From positions 12,564,828 through 12,628,827 of the forward strand of contig OZ316894.1 in NCBI GenBank assembly GCA_973895155.1: a DNA stretch of 64,000 bases, read 5' to 3'. The DNA is from Marsupella aquatica. Its lineage: Eukaryota; Plantae; Marchantiophyta. A program made the translations under genes and the position numbers. Positions 51,101 through 64,000 of this stretch are shown here, piece by piece (positions within the stretch are counted from its first letter, which is position 1; each line of letters opens with the position of its first letter). The notes beneath the pieces are model-generated. The model was not told where the DNA came from, made no database searches, and saw only the letters and a list, made by a program, of their open reading frames with translations.

Positions 51101-52689
51101 CTAGTGTTTGGCCAATTGCGCAACCTTGCTACAAGTAAGTTAATTTCATTGGTTATCAGTCAAGTCCATCACTGAACCTGATAGCAGTTGTCACGTCATC
51201 TCAGAATCTCATAGAGGCAGCTAAGTTACTACAAAGAAAAATGTGGAAAACAAATTGAATTCATCACAATTTGGAGAGAAAATCTTTTTTTGAATTATGT
51301 TTTACTATGGGGTGTCCATACGGTACGGACACCCTATCTCAGCGAGGTCAGCTAAGATGGGTTGTGGCCATACGGTTCGGGCACGGGATTTTTTTGGTTT
51401 GTACGCTTATCTTGGCAAGGTCAGCCAAGATTAGCCAATCTTAGCTGCCTGGAAAAGATGCATGGAGATGCAAAGGCCCCATTTCAGCTATTCATATTAG
51501 ATTCACAAGAATTGTGGGCGGCAAGGTAGACTCCATCCCCAAAACTCGTTCATCCAGTTTATTGTCCAAACGGAAACTAACATAACTTTCTCCTAGTCAG
51601 AAGGTCAGAATCATTACCGTCATGTCTTGTTGTGTATCCCTTCTCTAGGCTATCTTCCTATCAACAACACAAGACCACCCTTCAAAAGGTTTCAACTTTC
51701 CTCGTTGAGATTCAACCCTCCAGCTTTTCATCTCTAAATCCAAGTTCCCACATCTAGCCTTGAAATCCTTGCCAACACGGTGCTCCCTATCTAATTTTCA
51801 GCCAAGAAAACTTCTCTACACTTCTCAAATTCTCACATGCAGAAACCGTCACAAAAATCTGCACAAAACCACACAAAAACCGTCAAAAGTCTAATCTCTC
51901 ACAAAAACTAGAAGGAGTGATGGCTCTTGTCTACACTCCCATCATCTTCTAGAACCCTCTCCTAACTCCACATCAAACTCCCTAGCACTTCGTCCAAAAA
52001 ACCTCACAAATTTTTTGAGAGCAACTCTACAACATTTGAATCATTGTCGCAATTCTCCTTTTCTCTCCATATTTCTCGTTCCACTCCACAATACCCTTCC
52101 ACTCCACAATACTCATTCCACATCTTCTCTTAGAACTAAGCATGCTTCTCCAAACTTCCATCTCAAAGCTCACCTCCTTGAAGCCCAACACTTGGATGCA
52201 CCTCAATGGTAACCAAATTAATGCCACATTGACCTTCCTAGGTTCCAATTTTGCCCCTCATAGGTGCCACCTCACTTCTCTTAATATAATTAAATATTTG
52301 TATCTAGTACTATGTGAGTATGTTATAATACTGTACGACAGTGTCATCCAAATGAAGAAACCTTGAGTCATACAAAGAATGATTGGAGTCATTCTTGTTG
52401 ACATAGCTATAGTTCAATGGCATTAATCATTAAAGGACTGCTATAAATGACTCCATTCCATTTGGAATAGTAGAAAATGGCTCTGGCCACATGAGTCCTA
52501 TGTAGTTAGGTCATCATCAACCCCCTTTCCTACTAGTGGAACTCGTCCATATCAGTTGTAGCTCGATTCACCTCAACCTGTGCATAGTCATACATTTTCA
52601 GGGTCCCAGACTATCTTAAGTCCCCAAAATTTGCAAGGCATTGGTCCTTCAGCCATTTTTTTGCATCTGCTACGAGTTGCTCATCTCCG

Positions 52690-53759
52690 AAATCCTTGTG
52701 CATAATACATATTAAGTAATGCAGACATATACATGCTCCAACAAAGTCAGCAACATGATGAATCTTCATTTCTATGCAGCTCAATAGAATCCGTCACCTG
52801 CCTTTGAAAATTCCAAATGCCCTTTAAAAGGCTCCAGTTGTTCTTTTGTTCCTTTAAATGGAATATACATACAAGTTTGGATGGGATATGCACCATCACC
52901 CATGAGTTTATATGGACGAATATCTCCCCTACTAGTTTTCCTTCCCATGCAGTTATGTAGAGAACCCGCCACCAAAGTCAGAATCCCAAAATGTTGTTTC
53001 AATGTCCACAATACCTTACACAATGAAATCTCTTTCTGTTATAGAAAGGTGCAGGATCCCCCTTAGGGGCAATGATGGAAATATGAGAGCCATCTATGGC
53101 TCTTTTAATAAAATCCAACCAGTGCTTATCCTCAAACTGGGCTGCTAAAATTTTCAGAGATTCTGGCGTCCATTTTAAGATCACAAGTGGGCAAATGTCT
53201 TTAATACGGCTCAACAGAATTGTCTCACCCTTTTGCTCAACCTGAACAGGTCAGCACATCCGAGCAAATTCTACCTGTACCTAGTCTGTTCAATAATAAA
53301 ACAACCCTCTTTTCCAATGGAATTGCTCCACCTTTTTTACTTCTGCATGTATGGGGCAACAAGAGAACAAAGGTAGAAATATGTGGAAGGTTTGACACAT
53401 AACCTTTTTGTGAACTCTTTCTCAGTATGGGAAGCCAGCAACGCTCTATCTACAAATGGTGATTCACGGTCCAACCTCCAAATGGATGTGGGATGCAATT
53501 GCAAAAGACGTCGGTCCCCAATGAGGTAGTTTAATGGATGCATTGTGTTTGCTGCAGTGATAAAAGCAGCTTGCTGTGATTGGATGACTTTAGCCACAAT
53601 GACTTGCAACACCAGATTGAGGCAAATCATTACCAGAATTTTGGTTCTCCTGCTGTCATGCTGCATCAGAATGAAACAATTAATAAGAGTACTCTTTTGC
53701 AATCCCAAAATGTTTGAACTAAATTCCACAATAGAAATTGGCAGGGGCAGGAACAACAA
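52690..53759 (-). pseudogene. PIF/Harbinger DDE transposase relic (HARBI1-like, DDE_Tnp_4)
   Basis: Fragments across frames: EFTKRLCVKPSTYFYLCSLV, AIPLEKRV..LL.RLGTG, AIDGSHISI, FYNRK, YKLMGDGAYP. Multiple stops and frameshifts. Confidence 0.85.
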
Positions 53760-56700
53760 AGGCTCCTGACCTGTTCATGAGCATATTCAACAGTGCATTG
53801 GTCTTCTTTGTCAGACATTCCTTCTGCCTCAATTTCTTTGTACATAGGAATCATGGCTCTCACCTGACAAAATTTCTCTCAGTTCCATGATTCAATGTTG
53901 CTTTGAATGTCTTCCCAATTGAGCAATATAGATTGGAATAGGTGAAGTTTGATTTTTTTTTAATATTTGGGCTACATCTCTGTATGTGTCCAGTAAACAC
54001 AAGGGCCTATCCACTCAAGCTTTCTTCCATCCGACGCTTGAAGATCCACCATTGATTGAAAGAAAGGATGAGCTTTTTCATCTTCTCCTGCAAAAATCAC
54101 ACATTTCCTCCCCGTGAAATTTGGGAGTTATCAGACAGCTTGGGCCCATTTACTTCTTTCTGTGCCCACTGTCTCAAAGTGGGCATTGTTGACTTTACAT
54201 GAGGCTGGGCTCCATTTGCTCCAGCCTGCAGGTACTAGTTTGCCCCAGTTTACTAATTCTAGACAATGAAGTGGCCCTGCACTTTGCTTTTGAAGGAAAG
54301 AGAATGAAGGCCCCCGGTCTTGTAAAGCCCCCCTAACATCCTATCCAAACAAACCGTATTGGATGGGGATCCTAGACAAATTTCTAGTGCTGCCTCTCCT
54401 AAACTGTTTACTCCATAGGTTTTACTATTCAGTAGTGCTTTAATTTCTTTTCCAGTGGGCGACTGATGGGCCTTTTTGACTTTCGTGTTGTTTTTCCTTG
54501 TTTGTCGTCCTTTATCAGATGTCTTGTCTTTGGGATACTGTCTTCCATTAGTTGACACTTTTTATTCTTTCATTTCTTTGGTAGTTTGATATATATGATA
54601 TGAATGATGCGGATCCTATCTGAGCTAATAACACTCAATTTAAAGGTTGCTTTTGTCAGTGATTTGTCCCGTTGTTATGCACTATAGAGGTAAGTCCAGG
54701 AGTACACGGCAATTGTTTTTCCCCCGAAAAGTAACACAAAAGATACTCCGCGTTTACCCAGGCCCACTGGGGTTCGCTTCGTGTACTGTACAAATTAATT
54801 ATTTAATTAATTGGGCCCGGACACGCTCCCGCTATTGTCGACGGGGATGCCGTCCAATAGGACCATAATTGTAATCGATTATTATTGTGCCTTATGGGTT
54901 ATTGGCTATATCAGTGTTTGAAAGGGACGAAGATGAGAATCGAACCTGGCCCGGTCACACTCCGGCCGATAATTCTGTATACAGGACTCAGTAACCAGAG
55001 CTACATCGAAAGATTTAATCGACGGTATTTCATGAACCACCTGGCACGGGGCTCCTGAGCCGTCGATCCGCACGTGTAAGGGATTTCTTGGATGGAATGG
55101 AAAGCCTGGCAAGCGCCCTTTAGGAAATAATTTCGTGTGAAATAGAGATACAGGAAAGGCTGCATGCACGGAATGTCGCTGACTGATCTGCGCTTTTTGC
55201 AATAAATATTGTTGGAACACGTGGATGAGGGCAAGAAATCGGCTGCAGTACTCGAAGACACTTCCCTCACTCCAAAAATGGAAAGGCCCCATCCAAAAAG
55301 GAAAAGAGAAGTAGAGACCTCAAAAGGAATTATGGAACGTTTGACTATTTCCATTAAAAATATTGTTTCACATATGGATCATAAATTAATCAACTGAACC
55401 AGGTAACCATATGCAATAAAATATTATACATTGAAACATTTTTAGTGATATATAATTAAAAACTATATTATGCAATTAGATATCATGTATCAGCAAAATC
55501 ACCTAGGCCAGTAGTCGAGCGGAACTGTAGATATAAACTTTTAAAACAAAAGATGTAGGAAGAGCCTGGTTAAGTATTTCTTGTCTCAAGTGTAATTTTT
55601 CTGTGCCTCGAGTTTCTCGTGATCAAATAATTGGTCAGCCATACAAATTACAAAACCAGAACTGTCGTATCTTCAGTACCTACCAATTCCTCCTACAAGA
55701 AACTTTTCCATTTCCATATTCAACAAATCATCTGTTATATACATCTAATAAGAACTGGGGAGAGAGAACTTACAACGAGTAGTATTGTCGCGTGATACTA
55801 GACTAATTCTTTTGACAATCAGGTCAAGCCAGGGGATATCTCAGACTATATTGCACTGGTGGTGGTCAGTTCAAATGGGTATTGCTACCTTGTGACCAAT
55901 TCCTCGAGTGCTGGTGAGGCTCTATAAGGACTGTTTAGACTCTCTGCTCCAAACAGTCTGGGACCAGTTGAATATATGCGTAAGGCACCGCAGTTGTTAT
56001 AAATTTAAATGAAAATGCTCAACATATTATATCGGGTTTGCGGCTGGTTGCTAAATGGCAATTTTTATTAAAAAACCAACGCCAACTAGATTGTGAAATC
56101 CATGATCGATAACCAGTCCACGATCAACAACCACGTTCAAGTTAAATTTCTCTGAATCTACAGTATTCTTTGAACGATGTTGGTGCTTGATCATGGACAC
56201 CACGAAAGGAAAACACTGCCGTAGTTATTTACGAGTTTAATTGGCGTTTCCTCTGAGGATGACTGTTGACTAATTGTTCGTGCAAGGAGCCGGTGAAATT
56301 AGTGGGTTTGTAGTGAGCGGCTCCCCTAGAATTGAGGACTTATCAGGCAAAGGATTCTTAGAGATGGAAAAATTGTGCCTAATTCGCAACTCCTCATCAG
56401 ATGAGGCGCGATGGTGTTGAGCTCGGATGATGATGAGTCTGGCTGGCCCACAAACCTAGCCAAACGGCGTGTGGGAACGGTTGTTTAGGCGATGATCATG
56501 CTCACTGCTCACAATACAACTTGGATCATCACGGCACCCGGCATCGTCGGCTGTCAGTGGCTAATTGATCAGGTCCTTTTTGTCCAGGATGTTGGGTGCA
56601 GTGCAGGCTTCTCGAGAGCTCCTACTGGGCCTATCTGATCTGTGATCGGTGTGGCTTCTTTACCAAAAGAGTTCCAACTTCTAAGGCCTGGCAGGGGTTG

Positions 56701-58252
56701 TCGTCTTGTCCCTCTTTTGCGGGTCGGATTTCTCTAATAATGTTTTCGAGGCAAAAAGGAGAAAGAGGTCCAAGACATGATCGATTACTGTAGTCGCCAT
56801 GTGAATGCTTACGTCTCTCACTGGACAGATTGTGGGTGCAAATTAGAACAGCATGAGAGGTCCAACGTGGTATGAGCATGCCCTTCTTTCCGACAAAGTG
56901 AGAGGACTTGCACAGATTCCGTCTTGCGAACAAGTCATGATCACCTTAGACATACTAGAGTATTTCTGTACCACACCGAGATGAAATGTCATGCCCTTCG
57001 TCACCAGTGGATTCACAGGCTAATGCCACAGTTTTGAGCAATGACATTTTACAGAAAGTAACTAATAAGTTGACAGAATGAATCCGTTGCTCTAGTAACC
57101 TTGGAAGCAGAGATCAAGCTTATTGACTCGATCTGATAGATTACTCCCAAAAGGAAATCCCCAATGTTGAGCCCTTCCACGCTTCCTTGAGGTTCACATT
57201 GAACTCGCCCTCTTAATTCCCAGAAATAGCGCTTCCACACCCTTCAGAATTTGCCCTGATCGGTACTTTTCGTCATTCTTGTAAATAAACAATGTTCCTT
57301 TAAATAGGCCAAGCAGCTTGCCAATAGTTTAATGCTGTTTGACGTCAATGTACAGCACAATTAGCATTTCCAGCATAGTAGAGAGAATTCTTCCGGCTTC
57401 TAAACACTGTTCGTGAGAAATGGTATTTGCACAGTCCTAGACATTCTGATTTTCTCCTGATATGAATATAATAGGAGGTGGTGCTCTTAAGGTGAAGAAA
57501 GTTGAAGCTAATCCCGAAGCCCGTGAAGTATTTGGACCCCCCCATCAGACCAATGAGCAGCTAGGATTGCAATTCTGTACCTTCGTAACAATCATTGAAT
57601 GTGCAAACTAAAGAATAAATAATTACTGCTTCTCCTCAGCCCGTGTACCCTACATCATATTTTAATCGTTTGGTGCAAAAATCTAACGATAGGGGCCCTT
57701 CTAACTCAGACTGATACAATCGCATGCTATATTATCGGCGGGATTTTGCACGTTTGTAATTTGATCTGATTGGAAATATCACCAACTGGACGAAAGAAAA
57801 AACAGCGGACAAGGATATCTCCACAACAGACTACGGTCAAGACGACGTCGACAGACAACCTCAAGCGGAAGGCGATACCCACTAACTTCACCCTAAATCA
57901 CGGCGCAAAAGGTCAACGTATCCTTCAATGCTCGCCTCCGTGGCTTACACGGGCAACATTTTTATAATGATTTCTGAGCAATTCTTAGGGGTGCATTGGA
58001 ACCAGTGCCGGAGTGCCCGGATGAGTGAAAAAAGTTTCAAGAATAAAAATTTCCTGCTCGCGCCAATCGGAAGTAAGATCTATGCGGTCCAAGAGTTTGC
58101 ATGGACAGCGTCGATATATAAACAGTCGATTCAACCCTCGGAATACCAGTTGAGGCAGCCACCGTTGAAGCTGATACTCGGAGAGAAACTTGGAACAGAT
58201 TGATCATCTCCGTAGCTTGCAAGAAGCGATCCCGCCCTTCAGTTCGCTCACC

Positions 58253-58987
58253 ATGACTGGAAGAGTCGCTGTCGCCATTGTCACAGTTCTCTCTGTGCTG
58301 TTTGCACAGCAGGCAATTGTCAGTGTGGAAGCGGGATCAGCCACTGCGACTTACTATGGGGGACAGGACGCTCAGGGCACAAACAATGGTGCATGCGGGT
58401 ACACCAATTTGTACTCCCTTGGGTACGGTTCCTATACCACTGCTTTGAGCAACGCTCTGTTCAATGGCGGTCGATCCTGTGGCGCCTGCTACCTTATCAG
58501 ATGCACTGGTGCCGGTGCTTGCAATGGCGGCTCCGTTACTGTCACAGCCACGAACAATTGTCCCCAAGGCAGCTACGGAGGATGGTGCGACGCCCCAAAA
58601 CAGCATTTCGATCTATCGTATCCGGCATTCTCCAGGATTGCTACCATCTCAGCAGGACATGTGCCATTGTCATTCCAGAAGGTTTCATGTAGCAGAAGTG
58701 GAGGTATCAAGTTCTGGATTCAAGGCCACACGTATTATTTCTTGGTGCTCATCTATAATGTGGCAGGGTCTGGAGACATTAGCTCGGTTTCCGTGAAGGG
58801 TTCGAAGTCGGGCTACTGGATCACCCTGTCGAGGACTTGGGGTGTGAACTACTCCACTGGTACAGTTCTCGATGGACAGACCCTGTCATTCGAAGTCAGG
58901 GGCAGCGATGGAAGGACCTCTTACAGCAACAACTGTGTCGGATCAGGGTGGAGATACGGTCAAACCTATTCAGGATCCAATTTCTAG
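58253..58987 (+). CDS. EXPA: Alpha-expansin, intronless, 244 aa with signal peptide
   Basis: Hydrophobic N-terminus MTGRVAVAIVTVLSVLFAQQA, then ATYYGG..GACGY, TTALS..LFNGG.SCGACY, VTATN.CP, HFDLS, C.RSGGIKF, NVAGSGDI and W..GQTY.G.NF. The ATG at 58253 follows ACC; the longer ORF-track start at 58190 is a non-ATG (TTG) extension. Confidence 0.95.
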   Translation: MTGRVAVAIVTVLSVLFAQQAIVSVEAGSATATYYGGQDAQGTNNGACGYTNLYSLGYGSYTTALSNALFNGGRSCGACYLIRCTGAGACNGGSVTVTATNNCPQGSYGGWCDAPKQHFDLSYPAFSRIATISAGHVPLSFQKVSCSRSGGIKFWIQGHTYYFLVLIYNVAGSGDISSVSVKGSKSGYWITLSRTWGVNYSTGTVLDGQTLSFEVRGSDGRTSYSNNCVGSGWRYGQTYSGSNF

Positions 58988-59447
58988 ACAGTAGTGTACG
59001 TCCTGGTAGGACATTCGAAGACTGGTGCATCGTCCCACTCAGGTCGTTTGTACCAGCTCATAGAGAATGCGGTGGATTTAATAGGACTGGAGCAAATATC
59101 GATTCTAGATTACTCTTGAGTCGATGAAAGTGATCCGAATGCGGACTCACGATAATTAAGAGCGGGTGGTGAATGTAGTTTGAAGTTGGAGGAGGCAATG
59201 GTGTGCTTCACAGCCACCCGCTTAGTATAATATTAAGATAAGCTTTTCGTGTTGTTTTGGAGAGAAATCGTCCTCCGTCTTGGCGTAGTGCCGAGGTGAT
59301 CTAACCGAAGCCACCCTCTGTCTAACGGTCAAGACCTACGTGACGGTTTAGTAAGATGTTGGTACGTTCTTCTGAACGGTTAGACGTAGACTGAAGCTGT
59401 GGTAGCATGTCTAGTCACCCGCCTAGTTCGTCTGAGCGAAGTCTGTA

Positions 59448-59550
59448 GAATGTTGAGGTGAGCTCGTTTCACCCACTTCTGTCTGCCTTGCGTTCCTAAG
59501 CCTACTTGATGGAATGTTGAGGTGAGCCGGTATTGTCACCCACTTCTATC
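59448..59550. repeat. Short direct repeat downstream of the expansin
   Basis: GAATGTTGAGGTGAGC...TCACCCACTTCT at 59448 and 59512. Confidence 0.6.
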
Positions 59551-62500
59551 AATTCTCAGTGCTCCGCATTGAACTGAGTGTATTTTGTACTCTGCTGGAA
59601 AGGTTATAAAGCACCCGGTTCTCGCATGTTCTGCTCGCATTGCAATTGCAATTCACTTGTATTGTCTGGTACTGTGTCAGATGCATGTGGTCCTCCGAAT
59701 GTCTCGTCGTCGACTCCCCGGGTTGCTGATGCACACTACGCTGAAGCTCTACCTAGGACTATGTAATGTTCTCTTTGCTTCATGAAGACTTGAGCACGCG
59801 CGAATGAAGCGCTGCTTTGGAATGAAATGGCCCCTCTGTGCCACTGTGCCACTGTGCCACATGTACCTCATCTTCCGAAGTTCTTCCTCTCTATGATATT
59901 GGTGTGAAATCTGTTAAAAGGATAGTTTTGAATCTGATGATGAGTTAAATATTATACCTATGGCGCAAGTTGTGCCCAAGAAAGTTTCTCTAGTGCCTTC
60001 CCGCCTTTTCCAGCTTGACTTATAAAAACCACCCTCCGACTTTATTCAATATGCCTGCTGTGATGAAATTATGATATTTTGCTATCAAGTTCGTAAAATT
60101 CACTACGCCGACCAACAAGTCTCATCCGGACGAACACAATCCCCAAGATTTGGAAGCGTCAATTATTGGAGGGAAGGAGCGGGGAAGGAGGTGGCCTTGA
60201 TGTTGTAGTGCCTTTTCACATTCTGTAGTTGTATATATCCACGCTTGGAAACTTCACGATTTGATACTGGAATGTAAGTTTGTCAGCTTGGCTCAAGGTA
60301 CTGTTATTGTCATGCGCACCGGCGAATTTTGAGGACTACATGTTCTCTCAAGCACCCACAGTTTGAGGGGAGGCAGTGGGATCTTCAAGGAAGTATAGTA
60401 GCCTGCCTTTTTCGGCTTGGCCTTCGACCACCTATATCGATCCCTACACTTCACTTTTAAAAGTGCCCCCACTTATCATCAAATCAGGGACTGAGTCGTG
60501 ATAACAGATCCACAGCAGTGTCTGTTGTCGGAACAAAGCTCGTTACTGTCGACAGTCTGACCATCGCAAAGAATCGTTGTTCAAACTTGTGGGGCAAGAG
60601 ACCGAACGAAGTGGTGCCAGTTGTGCTCGGAATTCTTGCGAATCGTTGTTCAAACTATGGTGGGAAGTGGTAGGCAAAACCTGCCCGCATAATCTGGTTC
60701 GCCTGATTTTTATATCTGAGTCACTGGAATCGAACTATACAGTCTCATGCATCTCAGCCTTCCGTCATATTAAATTGACTGAGGTCTTGAGAACAGTTTG
60801 GGTATCCATACGACAGGCGTACCTATACTTATACAAGTGTATTGTCCCAGGAACTGTCATAGAGAAAGGCTGATTCTTTGGTACAAGTACTGTAGGTGAC
60901 TGCAAAGTCATATAGAAACCAACTGAGTGACTTCGTTAACATGATTGCTTGGGTCAATATGGGGAAAGCACCACTCGCACGCTTTTACCGTCCTGGATCC
61001 TCCTGAATCCTGATCTTACCCATCACCATCGTTTCACATTGTTCGAAAGCAGGGAGAGGTGATAGATGCTCCCAATCGTTTACTGGAATCTACAAAGCAT
61101 CTTAGTTTCTTCATCGTCAGGTTAATAATGCAAACTCTTGATGGGCAGTGACAGGGAACCGACTCAAATTAATCAAGAAATTAACAAATCACCTTCCTTC
61201 ATCTTCAGGATAACAATGCAGATTCTTGAACTGTCGCAACAATATCTCGCGGAAGATATTTTGTTGCCATGCACTGGAATGAAGGTATCCAGTCCCATTC
61301 ACTCAAAATTTCTCCTTTTTTAATTTTTTAACCACATGAGTACTGGAGGGAAGAAATTTGATATTTGTGTAAACTTTTTCTCGCTTTACTGTTCACAATT
61401 CTCACATCGATTTTGTTGTGGCTTTTCTTCATCGGTCCCTTGTATGTGATCTTACTCATTAGTGTAAATTTAAGAATCTTGTACCTTTTCCAACTCGAAC
61501 AGGAAGCTGTATACAGAGTGAAAGCACCAATACAAAAGACTCTTGTACTTTGTACCGGCTCTAAACGGAGAAGTCTAGCGATTTGGATAGATACATTAGC
61601 CGATGTGGTCACTGCAGTTTCCCCGCAGGAATTATAATTTCAATCGCTGCAAGGGGACCGCATGGTATAGTAAGACTTTCCAGATGGCTAGCCTCTGGCA
61701 ATTTCACGACATGATAGATGATATCTGACGATGAAAGTTTCACGTCATGATTGAAAACTAGGGACGAGGCTCTGGCTGGGGCTCGCGAGCCTTAGCAACC
61801 ACGAACCTAACTTTGGCTTTTCTTGGTTTTTAAGGCCAGTGGCGGTTTAAGTTTTGGAGTAGAAAGAAGATTTTCGTCAGGAAGTTGGCAACACGGCCAA
61901 AATGAGAACCACGGCAGCACATTGACGTACGACAACGGCAAAAAGGTTTGTGACCATTTTGAATTACAGCGGGTACACGCACACGCAATGAATGAGCATT
62001 TTTCATGTATGAAAGGGGCACTGCCTATTTGAAAAATTTCCCCAAAATCTGTTTATTCTGCTGATTTTGAAGATTCGAAATGCACAGGGAGTATGGACGG
62101 TGCACAAGAGTATTCCATAGAATCCAATGGCAACACTGCAATCTTACACAAACTTTCCATCGGGACCTTGACGTGCCAGTCGCCAGTGGCAAGGTTCAGC
62201 TTTATCGAGCTCGTTTGGAAAGGGTCCGTTTAACTAAATTAAAGCAATCGGTGGACACTCACTCAGCACAGTGTGCTATTCGCCATATCAGGACTATGAT
62301 ATGGAATGATTATCTGACCGCACTTCGGCAAAACTCTGTCACCAGCTACATGTATGACCATTTGAAGACTTCTTAAAGTCACAAACAAGCCTATGTACAG
62401 GGGAGTGAAACCTCCGCGGAAGCCACAAACAACACACTTTAATTAAGTGGGTGTGCACTTATCAAAGAAAACAACCCCAAAAATAAGATCTGTCTGCCCA

Positions 62501-64000
62501 AGAGCGTGCACTAAGAGAAGGTTCACTGTACTATGGTTGTTTATTCATGGTGAACCTTCTACTAGGAACCATTGAAATTGATTTCCCTGTACCCAACCTA
62601 CCGAAGCTGAAGTTCCACAACCTAGCCATGCCCGCCGGCTGCAAATTTGACAGATATCCTCCACTCAAAGCCACATGACTTTAGGCCATCTTGCATGTGA
62701 TGGTCCCCCCAAAATTGGCCCTTTAAGTGTAATGATGACACCTTTTGACTGAATGAGACTTTCATGCCTCAAACCCCTCCTGAGGCAGTCTGGAAGGCTG
62801 GAAGGCAGTCTGGAAGGCAGCATATTCAAGGTCAAGGGCCGGAAACATCCCAATCTCTGATTTGAGAATGAAACAATGACACAACCTTGTGGACAAGCAG
62901 AATCTTTAATTTATTAGGGGAAGCTGGTACACGGATAGTCGTACTTTTCCCAGACCAAAACAGATGGGCCATTTTCAGCCTAAATGTAAGCTTCCAGGCT
63001 TGAGACAAATAGAGGGGCTGGTGTTGAGAAGCATGAGACCGAGCAGCCACAAGTTTAGACCATCTTGCAAGGTTGATCTAAACTTTGGCCACAAAAATAG
63101 TGTGCACATCAATACTCAAGGGGATTCCCCAATTGCCCATGCAAGCATTGGCAAAACTGAGCTGACACTGAGGCCAGAACTCTTTTAAAATCAAGAATAA
63201 GCAGTGGTGCAAACCAAACAGTTGGAATAAAATTTAGTCTTCTTAGAAAAGTCTAGAAAAGGAAGTTTGTACCACGTTGTTCCTGTAAAGCCCCCCTTAG
63301 ACAAGTTACCCATTCTCAAACCTTTTGCTGGGATAAAAATCTTATGCTTGCATGAGATTTATGGAAATACTATCCCAATCAGAAGCCAATCAGAAGCCCA
63401 ATGCGTGTGCATTGCACAATATTGTTGATAGTGGTCACATTGACCAGGCAATCGGTCGCAAAGCTAGAAGAGTTGGCGAATCAGCCTGAGAAATGAATTT
63501 CAAAGAGTGTGAAAGTTGCATGGAGAGTGACAAGTTGGGCATGGTAAAGGTGCACCATGGCATCTTTAGGCCCATCTTATGGTCAGAAACAACTTCACCA
63601 TATATCAATGACCAGGAAGGCTTCCAGCCAGCCTGACATTTACTAAACAAACCATGAGAAAAACAAAGGGATTGCATATTAGAGTGTTTGGACAGGAGTT
63701 TAAAGCAAGAGAAAAAGAGAGGGGTTGTAAGGATTGCATATCACAATGTTTACATGCACTAGAAAAAGGGAGGAGTTGCTACTAGAATGTTAGACATGCA
63801 TTTAGACCATGAGGAATATTAGAATGTTTAGACATGCATTTAGACCACAAGGAAACGAGAGAAATTGCATGTCCTACTGTTTAGATATCTATTTTTTTAC
63901 ATACAGGGACATGTATTTGAAGCACCACTATCCATGACAATACCTGGATCCACCAAGTTTCACCATTTTAGTACCTTTTTCCTGAAATTGTGGAAATCTT

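Noticed and set aside
56375-56410. Hammerhead-like CTGATGAG on the minus strand
   Set aside because: There is no proper GAAA or stem II/III arrangement; it is just a short palindrome.
54906-57545. Scattered 60-130-aa ORFs
   Set aside because: No recognisable domains, frequent stops and no consistent exon chain.

Overview
Eukaryotic land-plant nuclear DNA with short GT-AG introns; the compact gene structures and expansin motifs suggest a non-seed plant such as a bryophyte (inference). Five host genes could be spliced by eye: mitochondrial ATP synthase F1 delta (+, 2 exons), pseudouridine-5'-phosphate glycosidase PUMY/PsuG (-, 12 exons, PTS2-like signal), Mediator subunit MED17 (-, 8 exons), a B-type cyclin (-, 6 exons, MSA-like promoter motifs) and an intronless alpha-expansin (+). 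The rest is repeat-rich: a full-length but crippled Tork/Tnt1-like Ty1/copia element (18970-24653, TSD TATGA), a ~1.07-kb foldback element beside it, a PIF/Harbinger transposase relic and several tandem repeats. The most unusual object is a 4,320-bp GC-rich element (43260-47579). It has TG...CA ends and a perfect 5-bp target-site duplication (GATGT), and it interrupts an ~84-bp satellite. It has no gag/pol, no LTR pair and no long TIRs, yet carries a near-intact ~640-680-codon gene (ATHILA-ORF1/plant-transposon-like domain plus coiled coil). It looks like a giant protein-coding solo LTR or a new non-autonomous integrase-mobilised gene cassette. All coordinates and homologies were read manually; no database searches were run.
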